DNA of 64,000 nt. It comes from Brevundimonas sp. GTDB taxonomy: Bacteria > Pseudomonadota > Alphaproteobacteria > Caulobacterales > Caulobacteraceae. This document shows positions 29,064 to 38,981 of this stretch, one piece after another. Location: contig NZ_DATMYH010000035.1 in the NCBI RefSeq assembly GCF_035561115.1, forward strand, positions 208-64,207, in the 5' to 3' direction. Under the pieces are notes generated by a model, which ran no database searches, had not been told where the DNA came from, and saw only the letters and a program-made list of their open reading frames with translations. How positions within the stretch are numbered: position 1 is the stretch's first letter; each line of letters begins with the position of its first letter. Made by a program: the position numbers and the translations under genes.

Positions 29064-31169
29064 TCAGAAGAACAGGGGATCCGCCTTCTTTTCGGGCGGC
29101 GGCGTCGGCTCAGGACGCTGATCCGGGGCGTCGCGCTGGGGTTGGGGCGCGGTCGGGCGGACGACGGCGGGACCCGGTTCCGGGCGCCGCGGCTCCAGCG
29201 TCGGCTGGTCCTCGGGCGGGATGGCTTCGTCGGCCGGCGGGCTGTCGCCGAACAGGTCGCCGATCTCACCCAGCAGGTTCTCCACAGGACTGGCCGGAGG
29301 CTGCCAGCCCTCGGGCATGGCCGGGCCGTTGGGGATGGCGGGGGCGTTCAGGCGCGGCAGGGCCGCCTCCATGAAGCCGCGCCAGATGGCCGCCGGGGAC
29401 GAGCCGCCGGTGACGCCGCGCATGGCCGTATTGTCGTCCTTGCCGACCCAGACGGCGGTGACGAAGCCGCCGGTGTAGCCGACGAACCAGGCGTCCTTGT
29501 AGTCCGAGGTGGTGCCCGTCTTGCCCGCCACGTCGCGGCCGGCGATGGCCGCCGAACGGCCCGTGCCGGAGGTCATGACGCCGCGCAGCATCTGGTTCTG
29601 GTAGTAGAGGAAGGGGTTGGAGATCGCCTGCACCGCGCCCTCGGTCCGGGCCGAGCGCTGGTAGATGACCCGTCCCTGAGGCGTGCGGATGCGGCTGATG
29701 CCATAGGCGCGGGCCCGCTTGCCGCCATTGGCGAAGGCGTCGAAGGCCTGGGCCATTTCGAGCGGCGACACCTCGACGGCGCCGAGGGCCATGGCCGGCT
29801 CCAGGCCGATGCGGCTGGTGATGCCCAGGCGGCGGGCGGTGCGGGCGACGTTGTCGCGGCCGATCTGGTCGGCGAGGCCGGCGGCGACGGTGTTGGTCGA
29901 CTGGGCCACGGCGTTGGCCAGGCTCATCTCGCCCGCGAAGGTCCCCGAATAGTTGCGCGGAGACCAGTTGCCGATGCGGATCGGGGCGTCATTGACCCGC
30001 GTCTCGGGCGTATAGCCGCTTTCCAGCGCGGTCAGATAGACGAAGGGCTTGAAGGCCGAGCCGGCCTGGCGGCGGGCGTCGACGGCGCGGTTGAACTGGC
30101 TGTCGGCATAGGAGGCCCCGCCGATCATGGCCCGCACCCGGCCGTCGCCGTCGAGGGCGACCAGGGCCGCCTGCTGCACGCCCCTGGACTTGTCGCGCTG
30201 CAGGATGCGATGCACCGCCCGCTCCGCCTGGGTCTGGAGGGTCAGGTCCAGGGTGGTCTCGACCACCATGTCCTCGGTCGGTTCGCCGACCAGTTCGCGG
30301 ATCTGCTTGTCGAGCCAGTCGATGAAATACTGCGCGTGCTGGCTGGACAGGGTGCGCGAAACCCGTACGGGCGAGGCCGCGGCCTCGGCGCGCTGTTCCG
30401 GGGTGATGACGCCGGCGTCGACCATTTCGTTCAGCACCACGGTGGCGCGGACCCCGGCGCGCTCGCTCTCCGACACGGGCGAATAGCGCGACGGGGCCTT
30501 GAGCAGGCCGGCCAGCAGGGCGGCCTCGCCGACGGTCAGCTGTTTGGCGCTCTTGTCGAAATAGCGCTGCGAGGCGGCCTCGATGCCATAGGCGCCGGCG
30601 CCGAAATAGACGCGGTTCAGATAGAGGGCGAGGATCTCTTCCTTGGAGAATTTCATCTCCAGCCACACGGCCAGCATCAGCTCCTGGACCTTGCGCTTCA
30701 TGTTCTGGTCCGGGGACAGGAACAGGTTCTTGGCCAGCTGCTGGGTCAGGGTCGAACCGCCCTGGACCACACGGCCGGCGCGCATGTTTGCGGCCATGGC
30801 GCGGGTCATGCCGACGGGATCGAAGCCCGGGTGGTGGTAGAAGCGGCGGTCCTCGATGGCGATGAAGGCGGCCGGGACATAGTCCGGCAGCGCCGCCAGA
30901 TCGGCGGGCGGCGCCTGCTGGGTCCCGCGGGTGGCGATCAGGGCGCCGTTGCGGTCCAGATAGGTGATCGAGGGCTGGCGATCGACATTGTACAGGGTCG
31001 AGGTGTCGGGCAGGTCGCGGGCGAACACCGCGAAGAAGACCACCAGGAAGATGGCGCCCCAGACGGCCAGGACGGCGGCCCAGTAGATCAGCCGCTGCAC
31101 CGGCGTACGCGCGGGCCGGGGACCGCCGGCGTCGCCGCCGCGTCCGAAGCTGAAGCCGGAACCCGCCAT
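29064..31169 (-). CDS. Class A penicillin-binding protein (transglycosylase/transpeptidase)
   Basis: EDRRFYHH, QGGSTLTQQLAKN, RKVQE; SxxK (GSAFKPF), SxN (STN), KTG. Confidence 0.95.
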   Translation of the reverse strand: MAGSGFSFGRGGDAGGPRPARTPVQRLIYWAAVLAVWGAIFLVVFFAVFARDLPDTSTLYNVDRQPSITYLDRNGALIATRGTQQAPPADLAALPDYVPAAFIAIEDRRFYHHPGFDPVGMTRAMAANMRAGRVVQGGSTLTQQLAKNLFLSPDQNMKRKVQELMLAVWLEMKFSKEEILALYLNRVYFGAGAYGIEAASQRYFDKSAKQLTVGEAALLAGLLKAPSRYSPVSESERAGVRATVVLNEMVDAGVITPEQRAEAAASPVRVSRTLSSQHAQYFIDWLDKQIRELVGEPTEDMVVETTLDLTLQTQAERAVHRILQRDKSRGVQQAALVALDGDGRVRAMIGGASYADSQFNRAVDARRQAGSAFKPFVYLTALESGYTPETRVNDAPIRIGNWSPRNYSGTFAGEMSLANAVAQSTNTVAAGLADQIGRDNVARTARRLGITSRIGLEPAMALGAVEVSPLEMAQAFDAFANGGKRARAYGISRIRTPQGRVIYQRSARTEGAVQAISNPFLYYQNQMLRGVMTSGTGRSAAIAGRDVAGKTGTTSDYKDAWFVGYTGGFVTAVWVGKDDNTAMRGVTGGSSPAAIWRGFMEAALPRLNAPAIPNGPAMPEGWQPPASPVENLLGEIGDLFGDSPPADEAIPPEDQPTLEPRRPEPGPAVVRPTAPQPQRDAPDQRPEPTPPPEKKADPLFF

Positions 31170-31286
31170 GAAAACCTCTTCTGACCCTGACCGGTCCTAG
31201 CCGATCAGGCCGCCAACGGAAACGCCCCACCACCGTTCACAGGACTGTGAGGGTCGTTTCCGCCGAAACCATGACGCTGAAGGGGT

Positions 31287-32240
31287 CTATTCTAAAAACG
31301 CGTTCACCTCGGCGGCGAATGCGGCAGGCTGGTCCAGCATGATGAAGTGGGCGCTGTCGTCGATCCGCTTGAGCTGCGCCGAGGGCAGGGTGGCGAAGGA
31401 CGCCTGGTAGATGCCGTCGACCATCTCATTGGTCATGCGCGGGTCGTTGAACCTGACGTACAGCACCTGCGTCGGGGCCGTGATGCGGGCCAGCTCGGGA
31501 CGAAGGTCGGTGACGATCAGCTCGCGGAAGGCCGAGGCGGAGACGGCGCGGTCGCTGGTCGCGGCGTCTTCCAGCGGTCCGGCGCGCAGCGATTCCGTCT
31601 TGATCATGCTGATGACGGAGGCGGCGGCCTGCTGGCGGTAGGACTCCTCGGGACCGTTGGCCATGGCGTTGTAGATCTGGTCCGCCGTCGGGGTGACGCT
31701 TTCGGCCGTCGCGCCCGGCGCGCCGAACATCGCCCCCATGAACGGCACCATGTCGACCACCATCAGCCTGCCGACGCTGTCGGGATGGCGCGCGGCCAGC
31801 ATCATGCCGATGGTCCCGCCCATGGAATGGCCGATGACGGCCGGCTTGTTCAGCCCCTGCTCGGCGATGTAGCGGGCGATGTCCTCGGCGACGGGGGCGG
31901 AGACGGGACCCGTGGCGTTGTCCTCGGCCGGGGCGCCCGCGAAGCCCTGTACGTGAATGCGGTGGACGCGGTAGCGGCCCTTGAGCTGTTCGGTCAGGCC
32001 GTCCCAGACCTCGGGCGAGGAGCTGAGGCCGGGGATCAGGATGACGTCGCCGACCGGGTGTTCGGGGCCGTCGACGCGGACGTGGAAGCGGCCGGACTCG
32101 AAGTCGGCATGGGCGTGGCCGTCGGCATGCGTCTGAGCGGGCGCGGCGGGCTGATGATGCTGGTGCTCCTGCGCCATGGCCGGCGCGGCGATCAGGCAGA
32201 GGGCCCCGGCGAGGGCGGTGGCGGCGGTCATGGTCTTCAT
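31287..32240 (-). CDS. Exported alpha/beta hydrolase
   Basis: Start MKTMTAAT; signal peptide, LIPGLSS, GHSMGG, SAHFIMLDQP. Confidence 0.88.
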   Translation of the reverse strand: MKTMTAATALAGALCLIAAPAMAQEHQHHQPAAPAQTHADGHAHADFESGRFHVRVDGPEHPVGDVILIPGLSSSPEVWDGLTEQLKGRYRVHRIHVQGFAGAPAEDNATGPVSAPVAEDIARYIAEQGLNKPAVIGHSMGGTIGMMLAARHPDSVGRLMVVDMVPFMGAMFGAPGATAESVTPTADQIYNAMANGPEESYRQQAAASVISMIKTESLRAGPLEDAATSDRAVSASAFRELIVTDLRPELARITAPTQVLYVRFNDPRMTNEMVDGIYQASFATLPSAQLKRIDDSAHFIMLDQPAAFAAEVNAFLE

Positions 32241-32357
32241 GGTCGGATCCCCGGATGCACGGGCGAAGCGCCCGTCTGTGTCCCCTAGTCGCCGCAGAGG
32301 GCGCGAACGGATGCGGCCGGTCAAGACTTCGCGCGTCCGGCCCGCTAAACTGGCGTC

Positions 32358-33494
32358 ATGAGCCCAGCCGACAGCGCCCCCGTTTCCGCCAATTCGCCCG
32401 AGGCCAAGGCCCCTCCGGCGGCGTTCGGCAAGGGGTTCGTACTGGACGCCTGGTATTTCGTCGCCCTGTCGCGCGACGTGGCCCCGGCCTCGCTGAAACG
32501 CCACGAACTGCTGGGCGAGCCGGTGCTGATCGGCCGGACGCGCGGTTCAAAAGAGGGGGCGGGCCAGGTCTACGCCCTGCGCGACATCTGCCCCCATCGC
32601 GCCGCGCCCCTGTCTGCCGGGCGGCTGGTGGAAAAGCCGGGGGAGGGCGAGACGATCGAGTGCTGCTACCACGGCTGGCGCTTCCGGCCCGACGGCGTCT
32701 GCGCCGCCATCCCCTCACTGGTCGAGGACCAGGCTTATGAAACGGACCGGATCCGGGTGCGGTCCTATCCAGTGCGCGAAAGCCAAGGGATGGTCTTCGT
32801 CTGGGTCGCGTCCGACCCGCGCAATCCCGCCGAGCCGGACCAGGAGCCGCCGGTCTTCCCCGGCGTGGTCGGGGGCGAGGCCAGGCTGGTCGAATGGATG
32901 GATTTCGACGCCCACATCGACCACGCGGTCGTCGGCCTGATGGACCCCGCCCACGGCCCCTATGTGCATCAGCAATGGTGGTGGCGGTCCGAGCATTCGA
33001 TGCACGAAAAGGCCAAGGCCTTCGAACCGCGCGAACAGGGTTTCGCCATGGTGCGGCACACGCCGTCGTCGAACAGCCGGGCGTATAAAATCCTCGGCGG
33101 GGCGCCGGCGACCGAGATCACCTTCCGTCTGCCCGGCTATCGCTGGGAGCATATCCAGGTGGGCGAGAAACAGGTGCTGGCCCTGACCTGCCTGACCCCG
33201 ATCAGCGAGACGAGGACGCGGATCACCCAGATCTTCTGGTCGGACCACTGGGTGTTCGGGATCGCCAAGCCGTTCCTGCGGATGGGGGTGGTCGCCTTCC
33301 TGCAGCAGGACGGCGGCATGGTGAACCTGCAGAACGAGGGGTTGCGCTACGACCCGGCGCTGATCTGGATCGACGACGCCGACAAACAGGCCAAATGGTA
33401 CCAGCAGCTAAAGCGCGAATGGATCCGGAGCCGGGCGGAGGGCCGCGCGTTCGCCAATCCGGTGAAATCCGCTGTGTTGAGGTGGAAGAGCTGA
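32358..33494 (+). CDS. Rieske non-heme iron oxygenase alpha subunit (VanA-like)
   Basis: CPH...CCYH Rieske ligands; DPAHGPYVH mononuclear iron motif. Confidence 0.9.
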   Translation: MSPADSAPVSANSPEAKAPPAAFGKGFVLDAWYFVALSRDVAPASLKRHELLGEPVLIGRTRGSKEGAGQVYALRDICPHRAAPLSAGRLVEKPGEGETIECCYHGWRFRPDGVCAAIPSLVEDQAYETDRIRVRSYPVRESQGMVFVWVASDPRNPAEPDQEPPVFPGVVGGEARLVEWMDFDAHIDHAVVGLMDPAHGPYVHQQWWWRSEHSMHEKAKAFEPREQGFAMVRHTPSSNSRAYKILGGAPATEITFRLPGYRWEHIQVGEKQVLALTCLTPISETRTRITQIFWSDHWVFGIAKPFLRMGVVAFLQQDGGMVNLQNEGLRYDPALIWIDDADKQAKWYQQLKREWIRSRAEGRAFANPVKSAVLRWKS

Positions 33495-33546
33495 AGGCCG
33501 CGACGGGGGTCGCGGCCTTCGAAGCATCCGGTCCGGCGGCGAGGTC

Positions 33547-34212
33547 TTACTGGCGGCTGAGCGCGCCGGCCAGGATGACGTCGATCTGTTTGCCGATCCG
33601 GGCCGTCAACTGCTGGATGGTCCAGCCGTCGTAGGCGGCGCGGCGATAGTTCGACAGCCAGGCTTCGTAGATCATCTCGCCGAGCAGGCGGACATCGGCG
33701 TCCTGCCGGATCTCGCGGTCGCCCACGCCGGCCTGCAGGGCGTCGGTGACGACCGAGATCAGCGGCGTGATGGCAGCGCGGGCGCGCATTTCGGCGGCGA
33801 CGGGCTGGAACCACGAGCGGGCGATGACGGCCTGGACAAGCGGCAGCTGCTCCAGCGAAACATGATAGCCGGCGGTCAGGGCGGCCAGCAGACGGCCCCG
33901 CACGGTGGTTTCGGCGGCGGCGGCGGCCTTCAGCGTTTCGGCCAGCTTGACCATGTCGGTGGCCAGAACGGCCTCGAACAGCTCGGCCTTGTCCTGGAAA
34001 TTGGCGAAGACCGCGCCCGTCGACATGCCGGCGCCCTTGGCGATGTCGCGGATGGTGGCGGGTTCGTAGCCGCGCTCGGCGAACAGCTGGCGCGCCGCGT
34101 CCAGCACCTTCTGACGGGTGCGGACCTTGGCGGCCTGGCGGCGGTTCAGCCGGGGGGCTTCGCCCTCGACGTCGGTGGCGGGGGAGGAGGAGGCCAAGGC
34201 GACATCTCGCAT
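33547..34212 (-). CDS. TetR/AcrR family transcriptional regulator
   Basis: TRQKVLDAARQLFAERGYEPATIRDIAKGAGMSTGAVFANFQDK. Confidence 0.92.
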   Translation of the reverse strand: MRDVALASSSPATDVEGEAPRLNRRQAAKVRTRQKVLDAARQLFAERGYEPATIRDIAKGAGMSTGAVFANFQDKAELFEAVLATDMVKLAETLKAAAAAETTVRGRLLAALTAGYHVSLEQLPLVQAVIARSWFQPVAAEMRARAAITPLISVVTDALQAGVGDREIRQDADVRLLGEMIYEAWLSNYRRAAYDGWTIQQLTARIGKQIDVILAGALSRQ

Positions 34213-34424
34213 GAAACGGTTACTCACGAAGCGGCGGCTGACATCCGCCGGGAAAACTGAACGCCGAAGCGATGGGTCATTCGGGGCGCATCTGACGCCC
34301 AAACAAGCCTGGAAGGCGAGGTGGCGCAGTCATCATGCAACGATGACCAAATTGGGGTAGCCGGATTAACGGGACGGTTAGCTTGGGGGTTAACGGGGCA
34401 GGTGGGGGACTCCGTCGCCGCGGC

Positions 34425-36248
34425 TCAGCGTCGCAGCGTGGAGCGCAGGGCGCGGGCCCGGCGCGGGACGTCGCCGTCCGGCATGGCCTCCTGAAACACC
34501 TTGCGGAACCGGTCGCGCCGCTCGTGGATCGAGGCCAGCACCAGACCCATGGGGACGCCCAGATCGATCAGGGTGTTCTCCGCCAGCTGAAGGCTGGCCT
34601 CGGTGGTTTCGGGCACGGCGTCGGTGACGCCCAGACGGTAGAGGCGCACGGCGTGCCTGTCGTCGCGGGCCCGGGCGATCAGCACCAGGTCCGGCCGCAG
34701 GGCGCGCACGGCCCTGACCACCTCGTCGACCTTGGCCGGGGCGTCCATGGTCACCACCACCGCCCGCGCGGTGTCGATGCCGCACAGCGCCAGCATCTCG
34801 GCCCGGGACGCGTCGCCGTAGAAGACGTTGGAGCCCTCGGCGCGGCCCTTGCCCACCGTGGAGGCGTCGGCGTCGATAGCCAGGAAGCGCTGGTCGTGGG
34901 TCAGCAGGATCTCGCCGACCAGACGGCCGACGCGGCCGAAGCCGACGATCAGCACCTGGCCCTCCTCGGCGGTGGGTTCCATCGCCTCGGCGGGAAGGTC
35001 GGGATGCCTGGCCTCGGCGCGATGCACCAGCTTCGATGCGATCAAGGCCATCAGCGGAATACTGAAGATGCTGATGGTCGCCGCCAGCAGCACCTTCTGG
35101 GTGAAGGCCGGCGAGGCGATGCCCTCGACCAGGCCGGCGCCGAGGATGACGAAGGCGAACTCGCCGGCCGGACCCAGAACCAGGGCCGCCTCGATGGCGG
35201 TGCGGGCGCCCAGTTTCCACGCGCGCGCCGCGCCGTAGATCAGACCGGCCTTGAACAGGGTCATCAGCGCGGCCAGGCCGAAGACCGCGACCGGATCGGC
35301 GGCCACGGCGTTCACGTCCAGCCCGATGCCGACGCCGACGAAGAAGACGCCCAGCAGCAGCCCCTTGAACGGCTCGATCGATACCTCGACCTCGCGCCGG
35401 AACTCGGTCTCGGCCAGCAGCAGGCCGGCGATCAGGGCCCCCAGGCTCATCGACAGGCCGGCGGCCTGGGCGGCCACGCCGGCCCCCACCACCACCAGCA
35501 GGCTGGCGGCGATGAACATCTCCTGTCCCTGACCTTTCGCCTTGGCCCGGGCGACCGAACGGAACATGGGCCGCAACACCAGCCGGCCCAGCAGCACCAG
35601 CAGGGCCAGGCCGGCCGCGGCGGGGATCAGGGTGAACAGGGCCGGGCCGAGGGCCGAGGGGTCGAATTCGCCGCCGCCCTGCGCCAGGGCCGCCAGGACG
35701 GTGACCGTGATCAGGATCGGCGCGACGGCGAGGTCCTGGGCCAGAAGGACGGCGAAGGTCGCCCGTCCGGCGGTGGTGGAGATGCGGCCGCGCTCGGCCA
35801 TCACCGGCATGACCACGGCGGTCGAGGACAGGGCCAGGCCCATGCCCAGCACCGCGGCTGACACCAGCGGTTGCCCCATCAGCATGAACACGGCTCCGAG
35901 GCCGACCGTGCAGACTGCGACCTGGGTCAGGCCGAGGCCGAACACCAGCCGGCGCATGGATTTCAGCCGTTCCCACGACAGCTCCAGCCCGATCATGAAC
36001 ATCAGGAAGGCGACGCCCAGTTCGGACAGGGAGCGGATCTGGCCGGCGTCGGAGATGGTCAGCCAGGCCAGCCAGGGGACGGTGTCGGCGAGTTGCGCCA
36101 GACCGTCGGGACCCAGCAGCACGCCAGCGGCCAGAAAACCCAGCACGGGGCTGATCTTGAGCCGGTTGAACAGCGGCACGATGACGCCTGCCGCCGCCAG
36201 AAAGACCACAAGATCGCGATATTCGCCGCCGCCGCCGTGAATCGTCAT
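34425..36248 (-). CDS. CPA2 cation:proton antiporter (KefB/KefC-like) with KTN domain
   Basis: ELGVAFLMFMIGLEL, LSSTAVV, QDLAV, LLLGVFFVGVG, GFGRVG, YGDAS. Confidence 0.92.
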   Translation of the reverse strand: MTIHGGGGEYRDLVVFLAAAGVIVPLFNRLKISPVLGFLAAGVLLGPDGLAQLADTVPWLAWLTISDAGQIRSLSELGVAFLMFMIGLELSWERLKSMRRLVFGLGLTQVAVCTVGLGAVFMLMGQPLVSAAVLGMGLALSSTAVVMPVMAERGRISTTAGRATFAVLLAQDLAVAPILITVTVLAALAQGGGEFDPSALGPALFTLIPAAAGLALLVLLGRLVLRPMFRSVARAKAKGQGQEMFIAASLLVVVGAGVAAQAAGLSMSLGALIAGLLLAETEFRREVEVSIEPFKGLLLGVFFVGVGIGLDVNAVAADPVAVFGLAALMTLFKAGLIYGAARAWKLGARTAIEAALVLGPAGEFAFVILGAGLVEGIASPAFTQKVLLAATISIFSIPLMALIASKLVHRAEARHPDLPAEAMEPTAEEGQVLIVGFGRVGRLVGEILLTHDQRFLAIDADASTVGKGRAEGSNVFYGDASRAEMLALCGIDTARAVVVTMDAPAKVDEVVRAVRALRPDLVLIARARDDRHAVRLYRLGVTDAVPETTEASLQLAENTLIDLGVPMGLVLASIHERRDRFRKVFQEAMPDGDVPRRARALRSTLRR

Positions 36249-36399
36249 CCACCCTCCCGCGACCGTCAGCCTACAGGCTGAAACGCCGTCCTGTCCGGGT
36301 CTCCGTCGCACATGACAAAAAATTCAGGCGACAGCCGGGAGCGGCGGCGTAGGGTCCCCGCCGACGCTGTCCATAGAGATGCGAAGTCGAGGGAATTCC

Positions 36400-38526
36400 A
36401 TGAAGAAACTGCTGATCGGCGCCGCGCTCGGCGCCCTGCTGCTGCCCGCCTCGGCCGCGGCCGCCCAGGACCATGATCACGGCTGTATCGACGAAAGCTG
36501 CACTGTCTTAGAACTGTTCCAGACCCCGCCCGAAGGCGCGACGGTTCTGGGCTATCAGGGCACGGAAACGCCGAAATACGGGACCTGGGGCTTTGACCTC
36601 GCCGGCCGCGACACCTCGGTCGCGCCGGGCGACAGCTTCATGCGCTACGCCAACGGCGCCGCGCTGGACCGCATGCAGATTCCGTCGGACCGCACCAGCT
36701 ACGGCTCGTTCGCCCTGCTGCGCGAACTGTCCGACAACCGGGTCAAGGCGATGATCGAGGGTCTCGTGGCCCGCACCGACCTGACCGCCGGCTCGGACGA
36801 GCAGAAGATCGCCGACGCCTATCGCTCGTACATGGACGAGGCGCGGATCGAGGCGCTGGACGCCCAGCCGCTGCAGCCCTACCTGGCCGCCATCCGCGCC
36901 GCCGACACCCACGACAAGGCCGCGGTCTATATGGGCGAGACCCAGGGCCGCGTCGGCGGTTCGATCTTCGGCACCGGCATCACCACCGACCAGAAGGCCC
37001 CGACCCGCTATGTGGTCTCGACCGGCCAGTCGGGGCTGGGCCTGCCCAACCGCGACTACTATCTGGAACAGCGCTGGGCCGAGAAGAAGGTCCTGTACCA
37101 GGCCTATGTCGCCCGCATGCTGGGCATGATCGGCTGGGAGAACCCCGAACAGGCCGCCGCCGACATCGTGGCCTTCGAAACCCGCATCGCCGAAGCGCAC
37201 TGGACCCCGATCCAGAACCGCAACCGCGACGAGACCTACAACGAATACACCATCGCCCAACTGGCGTCGGAGGCCCCCGGCTTCCCGTGGCAGGACTATT
37301 ACACCGCCGTCGGCGTGGGCGAGGTTCCGCGCCTGATCGTCCGGCAGGACACGGCCATGCCGAAGATCGCCGCCATCTACGCCGAGACGCCGATCGCCAC
37401 GGTGCAGGCCTGGCAGGCCTTCCACACGACGGACGACGCCGCGCCGCGCCTGTCGCGGCGCTTCGCCGACGCCCAGTGGGAGTTCCGCTCGCGCGATCTG
37501 AACGGCCAGCCGATGCAGCGCCCCCGCGACAAGCGCGGCATCAGCTTCGCCGAAGGCATGCTGGGCGAGGCCGTCGGCCGCCAGTATGTGGCCGAATATT
37601 TCCCCGCCGAATCCAAGGCCAAGATGGAGCAGCTGGTCGCGAATCTGCGCACCGCCCTGGGCAACCGCATCCAGAACTACAGCTGGATGAGCGCCGAGAC
37701 CCGCGCAGCAGCCCAGGACAAGCTGGACAAATTCACCGTCAAGATCGGCTATCCCAACAAATGGCGTGACTATTCGGCGCTCGAGGTCAGGGCCGACGAC
37801 CTGTTCGGCAACAGCGAGCGCGCCGGCCTGTTCCAGTGGAATTACCAGCTGAACCGTCTGAACCAGCCGGTCGACAAGGCCGAATGGGGCATGACCCCGC
37901 AGACGGTGAACGCCTATTACAATTCGACCAACAACGAGATCGTCTTCCCGGCGGCGATCCTGCAGCCGCCGTTCTTCGATCCGGACGCGGACCCGGCCGT
38001 CAACTACGGCGGCATCGGCGGCGTCATCGGCCACGAGATCGGCCACGGCTTCGACGACCAGGGCTCCAAGTCCGACGGCGACGGCGTGCTGCGCAGCTGG
38101 TGGACCCCTGAGGACCGGGCCAATTTCGACGCCCTGACAAAGCGGCTGGGCGAGCAGTACGACCAGTTCGAGCCGATCCCTGGCTTCAAGGTCCAGGGCG
38201 GCCTGACCATGGGCGAGAACATCGGCGACGCCGCCGGCAATGCGGTGGGTCTGGAAGCCTACCATCTGTCGCTGAACGGCCAGCCGGCGCCCGTGCTGGA
38301 CGGCGTCACGGGCGACCAGCGCTTCTTCTACGGCTGGGCCCAGGTCTGGCAGTCGAAGATGCGCGACGACGCCCTTCGCAACCAGATCGCCACCGATCCG
38401 CACAGCCCGGCCGAGTTCCGCGTCATCGGCCCGGTGCGCAACGTCGACGCCTGGTACGACGCCTTCGACGTCCAGCCGGGCTCGAAATACTACCTCGCCC
38501 CGGAAGACCGGGTCCGCATCTGGTAG
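36400..38526 (+). CDS. M13 family metallopeptidase (PepO/neprilysin-like)
   Basis: Signal peptide, PGDSFMRYANG, VNAYY, HEIGH zinc motif, GENIGD, DPHSP. Confidence 0.95.
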   Translation: MKKLLIGAALGALLLPASAAAAQDHDHGCIDESCTVLELFQTPPEGATVLGYQGTETPKYGTWGFDLAGRDTSVAPGDSFMRYANGAALDRMQIPSDRTSYGSFALLRELSDNRVKAMIEGLVARTDLTAGSDEQKIADAYRSYMDEARIEALDAQPLQPYLAAIRAADTHDKAAVYMGETQGRVGGSIFGTGITTDQKAPTRYVVSTGQSGLGLPNRDYYLEQRWAEKKVLYQAYVARMLGMIGWENPEQAAADIVAFETRIAEAHWTPIQNRNRDETYNEYTIAQLASEAPGFPWQDYYTAVGVGEVPRLIVRQDTAMPKIAAIYAETPIATVQAWQAFHTTDDAAPRLSRRFADAQWEFRSRDLNGQPMQRPRDKRGISFAEGMLGEAVGRQYVAEYFPAESKAKMEQLVANLRTALGNRIQNYSWMSAETRAAAQDKLDKFTVKIGYPNKWRDYSALEVRADDLFGNSERAGLFQWNYQLNRLNQPVDKAEWGMTPQTVNAYYNSTNNEIVFPAAILQPPFFDPDADPAVNYGGIGGVIGHEIGHGFDDQGSKSDGDGVLRSWWTPEDRANFDALTKRLGEQYDQFEPIPGFKVQGGLTMGENIGDAAGNAVGLEAYHLSLNGQPAPVLDGVTGDQRFFYGWAQVWQSKMRDDALRNQIATDPHSPAEFRVIGPVRNVDAWYDAFDVQPGSKYYLAPEDRVRIW

Positions 38527-38549
38527 GCCTTCCACAGGCTGAAGACCGA

Positions 38550-38584
38550 GGGGTCGGAGCGAAAGCTTCGGCCCCTTTTTCTTT
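38550..38584 (+). terminator. Rho-independent terminator
   Basis: ggggtcggagc-gaaa-gcttcggcccc-ttttt. Confidence 0.85.
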
Positions 38585-38750
38585 CGTCATCCTCCGGCGA
38601 GCGCAGCGAGACCCGGGGGACCCGGCGGCGGCGAAGGCGATCTGTTCACGCACGCTGTTTGCGGACGGAGTTCTCGACAGGTTCGCGCTCTCGCGCGCCG
38701 CTGGGTCCCCCGGTCTGCGCCGCGAAGGCGCGGCTTGCCGGAGGATGACG
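38585..38750. repeat. GTCATCC...GGATGAC REP-like palindromic element
   Basis: cgtcatcctccggc ... gccggaggatgacg outer arms; inner arms gggggaccc / gggtccccc. Confidence 0.8.
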
Positions 38751-38777
38751 ACGAGAGAAGCGTGGAACTCCAGACGC

Positions 38778-38900
38778 AAAAAAGCCCGCCGCGGGGGATA
38801 CATCGCGGCGGGCTTCTTTTCGCTCTTTGACGAGCGGACGTTTCCTCCCCGAAACGCCTTCGAGCCGCTGCTGCGCCGAAACGCTGCGCTTCCCGAGTGC
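38778..38900 (-). ncRNA. Candidate sRNA, CrfA-like sponge
   Basis: TTGACT at 38933-38928 upstream; hairpin cgtttc-GGGGAG-gaaacg; hairpin cgctc/gagcg; 12-bp terminator stem with U6; no ORF. Confidence 0.62.
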
Positions 38901-38981
38901 GTCAAAAAGACGACATTTCTCAGTTCAAGTCAATGAAAGCCTTGCGGAACTCACAGTAAATCCAAGGTTATCGCTGATAAC

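Noticed and set aside
34365-34396. TTAAC/GTTAG/GTTAAC cluster upstream of the TetR gene as a CtrA site
   Set aside because: Half-site spacing is 8 nt, not the canonical 7; too weak to call.
38821-38860. Plus-strand reading of the 38.8-kb locus as a second alpha-r8 paralog
   Set aside because: It has the seed-like gtttcctcccc, but the terminator lies upstream and no terminator follows; minus strand fits better. Not fully excluded.
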